Shown here piece by piece: positions 30,756 to 39,404 of a stretch of DNA of 64,000 nt. The stretch lies in the NCBI GenBank assembly GCA_015064485.1, contig SVSD01000001.1:216989-280988 (forward strand). The letters are read 5' to 3'. A program made the position numbers and the translations under genes. Positions within the stretch are counted from its first letter, which is position 1; each line of letters opens with the position of its first letter. The notes under the pieces are model-generated. The model ran no database searches. It was not told the DNA's origin and was given only the letters and a program-made list of their open reading frames with translations. The stretch is from Oscillospiraceae bacterium. Lineage in GTDB: Bacteria > Bacillota > Clostridia > Oscillospirales > CAG-382.

Positions 30756-32684
30756 TCAGCCGTTAAGCTTTGTATAAGGGAGAAGTCCTCCTGCTTTGAG
30801 GATGGATTTCTGTCTGTCGGTATAAGAGCAGATAAGCTCGTACTCTTCGCTCTTAGTCTTGTTTACAAGTTTAATCACACCGCTGTCCATACCGGCATAA
30901 ACATTTACCATAGCAAGCTCGTCACCCTGGGAAAGCTTATCGTAATCGTCGGCATTTTTGAATTCAAGGGGCATAATACCTGCATTTATAAGGTTTGCCG
31001 CATGGATTCTTGCAAAGGATTTTGCAACGACCGCACGAACTCCGAGGTAAAGCGGAACAAGTGCTGCGTGTTCACGGGACGAGCCCTGTCCGTAGTTCGA
31101 ACCGCCCACTATAAAGCTCTGTCCTGCCGCCTTTGCGTTTTCGGGGAACTTTTCGTCGCATACTGTGAAGCAATACTGAGAAAGATGAGGAATATTTGAG
31201 CGGTAAGGAAGAATTTTGGCTCCCGCCGGCATAATATGGTCTGTTGTAATATTGTCGCCGACTTTCAAAACAAGCTTTGCTTCTATTTCATCAGTAACAG
31301 GATGACAATCGGGGAAAGGCTTGATATTCGGGCCTCTCTTTACTTCAAGAGCTACAGCTTCATCTGCGTTTGCAGGTTCAATAACCGCACTGTCATCTAT
31401 CGCATACTTTTCGGGGATAGAAATTTCAGGAGCAGAACCGAGCTTTCTCGGGTCTGTAATAGTTCCGAACACCGCCGCTGCAACTGCAGTTTCGGGAGAA
31501 ACGAGATATACATTTCCGTCTTTTGTACCGCTTCTTCCGAGGAAGTTACGGTTAAAGGTACGGAGGCTTACACCTGCGGAATTGGGAGAAAATCCCATAC
31601 CGATACAAGGCCCGCAAGCACATTCAAGAAGTCTTGCGCCCGAGGCAAGGATATCTGTCAAAGCTCCGCTTGATGTGAGCATCGAAAGAACCTGCTTTGA
31701 ACCGGGAGAAATAGAAAGGCTGACAGACGGATCAATAGTTCTGCCTTTCAAAAGCGATGCAACTTTTAACATATCCGAAAGGGAAGAGTTTGTGCAGGAA
31801 CCGATACAAACCTGATCGACCTTTGTTCCTTCGATTTCAGAAACCTTGCATACATTGTCGGGGCTGTGAGGGCAAGCAATAAGCGGTTCAAGTGTCGAAA
31901 GGTCGATGTCGATTATTTTGTCATAAACTGCGTCCGCGTCGCTTTCAAGAGCTACGAAATCCGCTCCTCTTCCTTCGGCTTCAAGGAACGCCTTTGTTAT
32001 CTCGTCGGAGGGGAAGATAGAGGTTGTAGCGCCAAGCTCTGTGCCCATATTTGTAATTGTCGCTCTTTCGGGAACGGAAAGTGTCTTTATACCTTCGCCG
32101 CCCCATTCGATAATTGCGCCGACACCGCCCTTAACAGAAAGAATACGGAGTATCTCAAGGCTTACATCCTTTGCGGTTACGAAAGGACGGAGCTTTCCTG
32201 TAAGATTCACCTTATACATCTTGGGCATTGTTATGTAATAAGCGCCGCCGCCCATGGCAACCGCAACATCAAGACCGCCCGCTCCCATCGCAAGCATACC
32301 GATACCGCCGCCTGTGGGAGTATGGCTGTCTGAACCGATAAGAGTTTTTCCGGGGATACCGAATCTTTCAAGATGTACCTGATGACAGATACCGTTACCG
32401 GGACGGGAGAAATATATACCGTGCTTTTTGGCAACGCTCTGTATATATATATGGTCATCGGCATTTTCAAAACCGCACTGAAGTGTGTTATGGTCGATAT
32501 ATGCAACAGAACGCTCTGTCTTTACTCTGTCGATGCCGATGGCTTCAAATTCGAGGTACGCCATAGTACCCGTAGCATCCTGAGTAAGGGTCTGGTCAAT
32601 TTTAAGTGCGATTTCACTTCCGGGAATCATATCCCCTTCTATAAGATGGTTTTTTATAATTTTCTGTGCTATTGTAAGTCCCAT
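30756..32684 (-). CDS. Aconitate hydratase (about 640-aa aconitase family enzyme)
   Basis: GSDSHTPTGGG, CIGSCTNSS and CGPCIG Fe-S ligand motifs, plus a swivel-domain C-terminus. Start trimmed to MGLTIAQ (ATG 32682-32684), preceded by AAGGAG. Confidence 0.9.
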   Translation of the reverse strand: MGLTIAQKIIKNHLIEGDMIPGSEIALKIDQTLTQDATGTMAYLEFEAIGIDRVKTERSVAYIDHNTLQCGFENADDHIYIQSVAKKHGIYFSRPGNGICHQVHLERFGIPGKTLIGSDSHTPTGGGIGMLAMGAGGLDVAVAMGGGAYYITMPKMYKVNLTGKLRPFVTAKDVSLEILRILSVKGGVGAIIEWGGEGIKTLSVPERATITNMGTELGATTSIFPSDEITKAFLEAEGRGADFVALESDADAVYDKIIDIDLSTLEPLIACPHSPDNVCKVSEIEGTKVDQVCIGSCTNSSLSDMLKVASLLKGRTIDPSVSLSISPGSKQVLSMLTSSGALTDILASGARLLECACGPCIGMGFSPNSAGVSLRTFNRNFLGRSGTKDGNVYLVSPETAVAAAVFGTITDPRKLGSAPEISIPEKYAIDDSAVIEPANADEAVALEVKRGPNIKPFPDCHPVTDEIEAKLVLKVGDNITTDHIMPAGAKILPYRSNIPHLSQYCFTVCDEKFPENAKAAGQSFIVGGSNYGQGSSREHAALVPLYLGVRAVVAKSFARIHAANLINAGIMPLEFKNADDYDKLSQGDELAMVNVYAGMDSGVIKLVNKTKSEEYELICSYTDRQKSILKAGGLLPYTKLNG

Positions 32685-32685
32685 T

Positions 32686-33363
32686 TTAAGACTCTCCTTG
32701 TAATAATTCATTGAAATTTTTCATTATATTTGTTCTTGCATTGTCAATATGCATAGCCGTAAGCTTTTCGGCAAGCTCTCCGTCGTGTACTTTAAGGGCA
32801 TCATATATTTCTCTGTGTTCAGCAACTGCTCTTTTTGCACGCTCGGGATCCTGGATCGAAAGCTTGCGGTATTTTTTTATTCGTTTATGAAGATTTTTGA
32901 GCACCGAAAGATATATTCCGCTTCCGCAGATTGAATAAATGGATTCGTGGAATGCACTGTCGGTATCTCTTACCTTTTCCGAAAGACCTTTTCCTGTATA
33001 AAACTCCTGAAGGTCGATTATTTCCTTTAAATGTTCAAGTCCTTCTTCCGTAATGATGCCTGCACATTTTTTAGCTGCAAGTCCCTCAATACGGCTTCGT
33101 ATTTCATAGATATCTTCGATATCCGATGCGCTTATTCCTTTTATTTCGATGCCTTTTGTTGTGATGCGGATAAGATCCTCCTGTTCGAGTCTTCTTATCG
33201 CCTCTCGTATCGGTGTACGGCTCACACCGAAAAGCTCCGAGAGCTTTGATTCGGTAAAGGTTTCGCCTTTTTTGTATTTGCCCGAAAGAATATCTCCCTC
33301 TATGCGTTCAAAAACGCTGTCGGCAAGTGAAACAAATTTAAGATCGCCCGTACTTGTTGTCAT
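32686..33363 (-). CDS. GntR-family (FadR/FCD-type) transcriptional regulator
   Basis: The wHTH ESKLSELFGVSRTPIREAIRRLEQEDLI is followed by an all-helical C-terminal domain. Confidence 0.85.
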   Translation of the reverse strand: MTTSTGDLKFVSLADSVFERIEGDILSGKYKKGETFTESKLSELFGVSRTPIREAIRRLEQEDLIRITTKGIEIKGISASDIEDIYEIRSRIEGLAAKKCAGIITEEGLEHLKEIIDLQEFYTGKGLSEKVRDTDSAFHESIYSICGSGIYLSVLKNLHKRIKKYRKLSIQDPERAKRAVAEHREIYDALKVHDGELAEKLTAMHIDNARTNIMKNFNELLQGES

Positions 33364-33377
33364 ATTTCCACCGCCGA

Positions 33378-34748
33378 TTAGAATTTTCCGCCCGAAAGCT
33401 CACATACAAGCTGTTCGAGTTCGTGGTTGGATACTGAATTTTGTCTTCCGTTTTCGTACTGCGCATCCACCCATTCCTTGATAGATACGACGATCGGATC
33501 TCTTTTATCTATTTCGCGGTCTGTGCCGATAAGCTTGTAATGCTGGTTTATCCAGTATGCGATACCTGCAAGTCCCGAAGTTTTTGTAACCATAACAGAC
33601 GCGGGGCGGTTGAGTATCGTTTCTGTATCGAAAATATTATATATTTCCTGATCCTTCAAAAGACCGTCTGCATGGATACCCGCTCTTGTAACATTAAAGT
33701 TTTCGCCGACAAAAGGTGTCATCGGAGGAATCTTATAACCCATTTCCTTCGAGAAGTATTCGGCGATCTCTGTTATAACCGTGGGATCCATACCGTCAAA
33801 AGTTCCCTTGAGAGATGCATATTCAAACACCATCGCTTCAAGCGGAATATTGCCTGTACGCTCGCCGATACCGAGAAGCGAACAGTTTACGGCAGACGCA
33901 CCGTAAAGCCACGCTGTCGATGCGTTTGCAACAGCTTTATAGAAGTCGTTGTGTCCGTGCCATTCGAGGTTTTCGCTGGGCACATCCGAATAATGCTGAA
34001 GACCGTATATGATACCTGCGACGCTTCGGGGAAGAGCAACTTCCGTATAAGGAACGCCGTAGCCCATTGTGTCACAGGCGCGGATCTTAACAGGAATTCC
34101 CGCCTGAACCGAAAGGTCATGCAAAGCATTTACAAAAGGCACAACAAATCCGTAAAAATCTGCTCTTGTTATATCCTCAAGATGGCATCTCGGAACAACC
34201 CCGGCTTCAAAAGCATCGGAAATTGTTGCAAGATAGTGTTCAAGACACTGCTTACGGGTCATCTTGAGCTTTTTGAAAATATGATAGTCGGAACAAGAAA
34301 CAAGAATACCGGTTTCTTTGATGCCCATATCGCGGACAAGTTTGAAATCCTCTCGGTTTGCTCTTATCCATGTTGTGATCTCGGGGAATTTAAGTCCGAG
34401 CTCACGGCATTTTTCAAGCGCTTCTCTGTCCTTTTTGCTGTAAATGAAAAACTCTGTCTGACGGATGATACCGTTGGGACCGCCGAGTTTCGAAAGATAT
34501 TTGTAAAGCTGAACTATCTGCTCTACCGTATATGGTTCTACAGACTGCTGGCCGTCGCGCATTGTCGTATCGGTTATCCATATCTTTTCCGGCATATTTA
34601 TGGGAGTACGGCGATGGTTGAAGGCAACCTTCGGCACTTCCGAATAGCTGTAAATATCTCTGTAAAGATTGGGTTCGGGTATATCCTGCAAAGAATACTT
34701 ATATGATTTTTGTTCAAGCAGGTTCGTTTTCTTAGAAATTTCAAGCAT
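33378..34748 (-). CDS. HMGL-like/LeuA-NifV family acyl-CoA condensing enzyme, probable Re-face citrate synthase
   Basis: TDTTMRDGQQS and HGHNDFYKAVAN motifs. It is the first gene of an operon with aconitase and IDH. Start trimmed to MLEISKK (ATG 34746-34748), with GGAG 8 nt upstream. Confidence 0.7.
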   Translation of the reverse strand: MLEISKKTNLLEQKSYKYSLQDIPEPNLYRDIYSYSEVPKVAFNHRRTPINMPEKIWITDTTMRDGQQSVEPYTVEQIVQLYKYLSKLGGPNGIIRQTEFFIYSKKDREALEKCRELGLKFPEITTWIRANREDFKLVRDMGIKETGILVSCSDYHIFKKLKMTRKQCLEHYLATISDAFEAGVVPRCHLEDITRADFYGFVVPFVNALHDLSVQAGIPVKIRACDTMGYGVPYTEVALPRSVAGIIYGLQHYSDVPSENLEWHGHNDFYKAVANASTAWLYGASAVNCSLLGIGERTGNIPLEAMVFEYASLKGTFDGMDPTVITEIAEYFSKEMGYKIPPMTPFVGENFNVTRAGIHADGLLKDQEIYNIFDTETILNRPASVMVTKTSGLAGIAYWINQHYKLIGTDREIDKRDPIVVSIKEWVDAQYENGRQNSVSNHELEQLVCELSGGKF

Positions 34749-34774
34749 TGTATTACTCCGTTTCGAAGGGGTTA

Positions 34775-34818
34775 GTATAATTGTATACAATTATACAATT
34801 ATGCCAACTGTTTGTCAA
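34775..34818 (-). promoter_or_regulatory. Promoter of the citrate synthase operon overlapped by a perfect 22-bp palindrome (candidate GntR operator)
   Basis: The minus strand reads TTGACA (34818-34813), a 17-nt spacer, then TATAAT (34795-34790). The palindrome GTATAATTGTATACAATTATAC spans 34775-34796, and its core TTGTATACAA fits the GntR-type GT..AC pattern. Confidence 0.7.
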
Positions 34819-35010
34819 TAGCTTTTTTAAAATTTTCTTTTCAGCCGCCGTATATATTATATAATTGTAAATTTTTGATTTTGATTGCAGATAAATTATC
34901 GGCAAATCGTGTTAAAAAGGCTGATTTTAGGTTTATGTTTTGCGTTTTCTCTTTACATTTTTGAAATTTTATGGTATAGTATATATGTTGAAATGATGGA
35001 GGAGTATGAG

Positions 35011-35628
35011 ATGAAGAGCTATAAAACAGTAAAATGCCGTACCAGTGCGGAATTTACAGAAAAAAAATCGGTCTTCATCGGGTATATTTCCCCTGTTCCG
35101 GACGAAGAAGCCGCAAAAAGCTTTATTGCTGAAATAAAGAAAAAACACGCCGACGCCACTCACAATGTTTATGCCTATATTCTTGAGGGCACAGAAATTG
35201 CAAGATTTTCTGACGACGGCGAGCCTTCGGGTACGGCAGGAATGCCTGTTTTGGAGGTTATAAAAAGAGAGGGGCTTTGCGGAGTCGCAATTGTCGTTAC
35301 AAGATATTTCGGCGGAACGCTTCTCGGAGCCGGCGGACTTGTAAGAGCCTACGCAAAGGCGGCAAAAATGGCAATAGATACGGCGGGTGTATGCGAATTC
35401 CGTCCTTTTACCGTTTTTTCTCTCACGGTTGATTATTCACACTACGAAAAAATAAAAAAAGAGCTTGATGTTTACAAAGTCAAATGCGACGATTGTGCTT
35501 TCGGCGAAAAGGTAGTCTTTACCCTTGCCGCCGAGGAAGAAAACATCCGAGCGTTTGAAGACTTCGTAAACGATTTCACAAAGGCGTCGGCAGTTTTCGA
35601 AAAGCTTTCCGAAAGATACGACGCATAG
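35011..35628 (+). CDS. yigZ: YigZ / IMPACT-family protein
   Basis: KKSVFIGYISPVPDEEAAKSFIAEIKKKHADATHNVYAY...DDGEPSGTAG. Start set at ATG 35011, preceded by GGAGGAG. Confidence 0.8.
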   Translation: MKSYKTVKCRTSAEFTEKKSVFIGYISPVPDEEAAKSFIAEIKKKHADATHNVYAYILEGTEIARFSDDGEPSGTAGMPVLEVIKREGLCGVAIVVTRYFGGTLLGAGGLVRAYAKAAKMAIDTAGVCEFRPFTVFSLTVDYSHYEKIKKELDVYKVKCDDCAFGEKVVFTLAAEEENIRAFEDFVNDFTKASAVFEKLSERYDA

Positions 35629-35853
35629 CGCATTGAGTTTCAAAAATCAAGAATCTATATAAAGTGCGGTCTATAAGGGCGAAAGCTTTAAAGCTCCTTT
35701 GTTTTTATTTTTCCTTGCCCCATTTCCCGCACGGGCTTTTTAAGCACAATGTATTTTATGTAGCACCCTTTTTCTTCGACACTTCAAAGTCTTCTCAAAA
35801 ACGGGTGCGGATTTTCAAAAAAACCTTTAAAACAAGAAAAAGGGTGTTTATTT

Positions 35854-36501
35854 ATGATAAAACTTTCACCTTCGCTCCTTGCAGCGGATTTTTCGAATCT
35901 TAAAAATGATATTGAAAAGGCGGAATGTGCCGGCTGTGATATGCTTCATCTTGATGTTATGGACGGAGCTTTTGTTCCCAATATCAGCTTCGGTATGCCT
36001 GTCATCTCTTCTTTAAAAAAGATATCAAATATCGTTTTTGATGTTCATCTTATGATAAACGATCCCATCCGCTATATTGAAGACTTTGTAAAATGCGGAG
36101 CGGATATTATAACCTTCCATTATGAAAGCTGCGATGATCCTTTGGCCGTCATCGAAAAAATAAAGTCCTTCGGAGTAAAAGCGGCAATTTCGATAAAGCC
36201 GAAAACGGATGCAAGTGTTCTTGAACCTTTTATAGACAAGGTCGATATGGTTCTCGTTATGACAGTCGAGCCGGGCTTCGGCGGGCAAAAGCTTATCCCC
36301 GAAACACTTGACAAGGTTGCAAAAATTGCAGAAACAGCAAAGGAAAAGGGCGTTTGCCCCGACATTCAGGTTGACGGCGGAATTACTCTTGAAAATGCAC
36401 ATCTTGCCGTCGAAAAGGGCGCAAATGTGCTTGTCGCAGGTTCTGCGGTTTTCGGAGCTTCGGATATTTCCGAGGCTGTGAGAAAATTCAAATCGCTTTG
36501 A
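35854..36501 (+). CDS. rpe: Ribulose-phosphate 3-epimerase
   Basis: SPSLLAADFSNL...HLDVMDG.FVPN...MTVEPGFGGQ. Confidence 0.95.
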   Translation: MIKLSPSLLAADFSNLKNDIEKAECAGCDMLHLDVMDGAFVPNISFGMPVISSLKKISNIVFDVHLMINDPIRYIEDFVKCGADIITFHYESCDDPLAVIEKIKSFGVKAAISIKPKTDASVLEPFIDKVDMVLVMTVEPGFGGQKLIPETLDKVAKIAETAKEKGVCPDIQVDGGITLENAHLAVEKGANVLVAGSAVFGASDISEAVRKFKSL

Positions 36502-36523
36502 TACATACGAAAGGAACATAAAA

Positions 36524-37759
36524 TTGGCTAAGATATCTGGAAATGCCGTAGTCGGACAATCCGGCGGCCCCACCGCCGCAATAAATGCTACTCTTGCGGG
36601 AGTTATCTCCGGCTGTCTTTCGGCAGGTTTTGAAAAAATATACGGAATGAGAAACGGCATCGAAGGTCTTTTGAATGAAGATTTCATCGACCTTAAAAAC
36701 TATTTTTCATCCCCCGACTGCAAAGAGCTTACATCTCTTTCCCACACGCCTGCGGCGGCGCTCGGTTCTTGCAGAAAGAAACTCAAGGACGACGAGATGG
36801 CGGCAAAGATGTATGAGATCTTTGAAAAATACGATATTTCATATTTCTTTTATATAGGCGGAAACGACAGTATGGATGCTGTTGCAAAGCTTTCGGATTA
36901 CGCACAGCGAAACCCCGATCTTCGCAAAATGCATTTCATCGGCGTTCCCAAAACCATCGACAACGACCTTGTTTTAACGGATCATACTCCCGGCTTTGGC
37001 TCGGCGGCAAAATATATCGCCGCATCAATGCAGGAAATGGTAAAGGACTGTGCGGTTTATAAGACACGCGCGGTTACGATCGTTGAAATTATGGGAAGAG
37101 ATGCGGGATGGCTTACAGCAAGCGCCGGTCTTGCAAACGCTGTCGGAGGCTCGGGCCCCGATCTTATCTATCTTCCCGAAACCGCTTTTTCGGAAGACGA
37201 TTTTATCGATTCTTTAAATAACCTTTTTGAAAACGGCGAAAAACCCTATATTGTGGTTGCGGTTTCCGAGGGTATCAGAGATAAAAACGGCAATTATGTT
37301 GCAGAAGCCGCTATGAGCGGTCAAGTCGATTCCTTCGGACACAAATACCTCTCCGGCACAGGAAAATATCTCGAAAATCTTGTCCGCGACAGAATCGGAT
37401 GCAAAGTCCGCTCGGTTGAAATAAATATCCTTCAGCGATGTGCAGGTCACCTTCTTTCAAAGACCGATATCGATGAATCCTTAAAAGTAGGAAAAGGTGC
37501 GGTTGATATTGCCCTTTCGGGAGAAAGCGGAAAGATGGCGGCATACGAAAGAAAAACAATATGCGGCAAATATTCCTGCAATATAGTTGCTATGGATGTA
37601 AAGCTTATAGCAAATGAGATCAAAAAAGTTCCCGCGGAATTTATTAATGAAAACGGCAACGGCATAACCGATGCTTGTGTTGAGTACTTAAAGCCTCTCG
37701 TGCTGGGCGAATGTGAAATCGAATACAAAGACGGTTTGCCATATCACTTTTCATTTTAA
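36524..37759 (+). CDS. pfp: Phosphofructokinase with PPi-dependent signature residues
   Basis: TTG start. GQSGGPTAAINA, IGGNDS (Asp at the E. coli Gly104 position), VPKTIDND (Lys at the Gly124 position) and MGRDAG. Confidence 0.8.
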   Translation: MAKISGNAVVGQSGGPTAAINATLAGVISGCLSAGFEKIYGMRNGIEGLLNEDFIDLKNYFSSPDCKELTSLSHTPAAALGSCRKKLKDDEMAAKMYEIFEKYDISYFFYIGGNDSMDAVAKLSDYAQRNPDLRKMHFIGVPKTIDNDLVLTDHTPGFGSAAKYIAASMQEMVKDCAVYKTRAVTIVEIMGRDAGWLTASAGLANAVGGSGPDLIYLPETAFSEDDFIDSLNNLFENGEKPYIVVAVSEGIRDKNGNYVAEAAMSGQVDSFGHKYLSGTGKYLENLVRDRIGCKVRSVEINILQRCAGHLLSKTDIDESLKVGKGAVDIALSGESGKMAAYERKTICGKYSCNIVAMDVKLIANEIKKVPAEFINENGNGITDACVEYLKPLVLGECEIEYKDGLPYHFSF

Positions 37760-37833
37760 GCCTTACGGCAAAACATCAATCTTGTTCTGTAAAAGCTGAT
37801 GCTTTCAGATAAATATTATTTAGGAGGACAATT

Positions 37834-39270
37834 ATGAAAAAGAAGACAACAGCGCTTCTTGCGGCTCTCCTCATCGCCGCAGTTCCGACTGTAGCACTTT
37901 TGGCATCCTGCGACAAAGAACCCGTTTTGGATGACGAAATCATTGGTACAGACGAAAAATCCGAATTCAGCCCTAACATTCCCGAAGGAACAACATTTGA
38001 AGGTGAAACTTTTAATGTTCTTCTTGGTTCTGTAGGTACTGTAATGTACGCTGAAGAAGAAAATTCCGACCTCATCAACGACACAGTTTACCGTACAAAC
38101 AAGCTCGTTGAAGAACATTTCGGTATTACTCTCAACATCGAAAAGACAGGTGCGGCAGCTACAGGTGCAGGCCAGAGTGAAGCTACAGCCCGTTTCCGTT
38201 CGCTCATCGAATCCGGTGACGAAACATACCACGCTTTCATTCATGTTCAGCACAGCGGTATGCCCCAGATGACACTTGAAAAGTTCTTTGTAGACTGGAA
38301 CACAATCCCCTACATCAACCTTAACGATCCCTGGTGGTACGCAAATATAACAAACGACCTTTGCTTCGGTGACAAGGTATATGTTATGACAGGCGACTAT
38401 ATCAACTATGTTGATTCTATCTGCTGCCTCGTATTCAACAAGGACATCTTTGATGACCTCGGTCTTGAATATCCTTACCAGGATGTTATCGACGGAACAT
38501 GGACATTTGATAAATTTATCGACCTCGTTGAAAAAGGTTCAAAAGACCTCGACGGTGACGGTATTATGAATGTTGAAAACGACCAGTACGGTCTCGTTGG
38601 TTGGGGTTATGAACTCGCTCCTGCTCTTTTGGTATCCTCCGGCTATTCTCCTCTCGACAGAGATGCTGACAATATGCCTGTTCTCAACCAGAACACAGCA
38701 GAAGCTCATGACATCTATCAGAAGATCGTTGACATCTTTGCTGACGGTCAGACTGCTTGGGCAGGCTGGCAGGGCAATGACTGGGCTACTCAGTACCACT
38801 CATTCACTCAGGGCAGAGCTATGTTCCAGGATGTATTCCTCAGCAACCTCTCCAGCTACAAGGAAGTTGAATTCGACTTCGGTATCATTCCTTATCCCAA
38901 GTGGGACGAAGATAGCGAATATATGAACCGTTCTTCCAATATGACAGCTCTTACATATATTCCTGTTACAAATACAGAACTCGAATTTACAGGTGCTGTT
39001 CTCGAAGAACTCGCATATCAGGGCTACTACAACCTCACACCTAACTACTTCGATCAGGTTCTTACAATCAAGAGCACTCGTGATGTTGAATCCGAAGAAA
39101 TGCTTCCTATCATCAAGAACAACGCTCGTTTCCTTTATGACGGTTATGCTCCCAGCATCGTCAACGCCGTACAGGGAAATGCAAACAGCTATGCATCCTC
39201 TTATGCTTCCGAACTTCCTACATACCAGAAGGATCTTGAAGATATGAGAGAACTTCTCGAAGCTGAATAA
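37834..39270 (+). CDS. Extracellular solute-binding lipoprotein (ABC-type sugar SBP family 1-like), orphan
   Basis: Lipobox LLASC after a signal peptide. About 450 aa mature, rich in W/Y/D. No permease or ATPase gene is adjacent. Confidence 0.7.
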   Translation: MKKKTTALLAALLIAAVPTVALLASCDKEPVLDDEIIGTDEKSEFSPNIPEGTTFEGETFNVLLGSVGTVMYAEEENSDLINDTVYRTNKLVEEHFGITLNIEKTGAAATGAGQSEATARFRSLIESGDETYHAFIHVQHSGMPQMTLEKFFVDWNTIPYINLNDPWWYANITNDLCFGDKVYVMTGDYINYVDSICCLVFNKDIFDDLGLEYPYQDVIDGTWTFDKFIDLVEKGSKDLDGDGIMNVENDQYGLVGWGYELAPALLVSSGYSPLDRDADNMPVLNQNTAEAHDIYQKIVDIFADGQTAWAGWQGNDWATQYHSFTQGRAMFQDVFLSNLSSYKEVEFDFGIIPYPKWDEDSEYMNRSSNMTALTYIPVTNTELEFTGAVLEELAYQGYYNLTPNYFDQVLTIKSTRDVESEEMLPIIKNNARFLYDGYAPSIVNAVQGNANSYASSYASELPTYQKDLEDMRELLEAE

Positions 39271-39286
39271 TAGATTAATACTTTGA

Positions 39287-39316
39287 AGAAGCAGGGTTTT
39301 CCCTGCTTCTTTTTTG
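39287..39316 (+). terminator. Intrinsic terminator after the SBP gene
   Basis: agaagcaggg-tttt-ccctgcttct followed by TTTTT. Confidence 0.85.
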
Positions 39317-39404
39317 CTCTGCAGACATTTGGATCTCTCAATGTTGACAAATAACACCTTTTTATATATAATTAGGATAAAAAAATATAATTAAGGAGAA
39401 TTAT

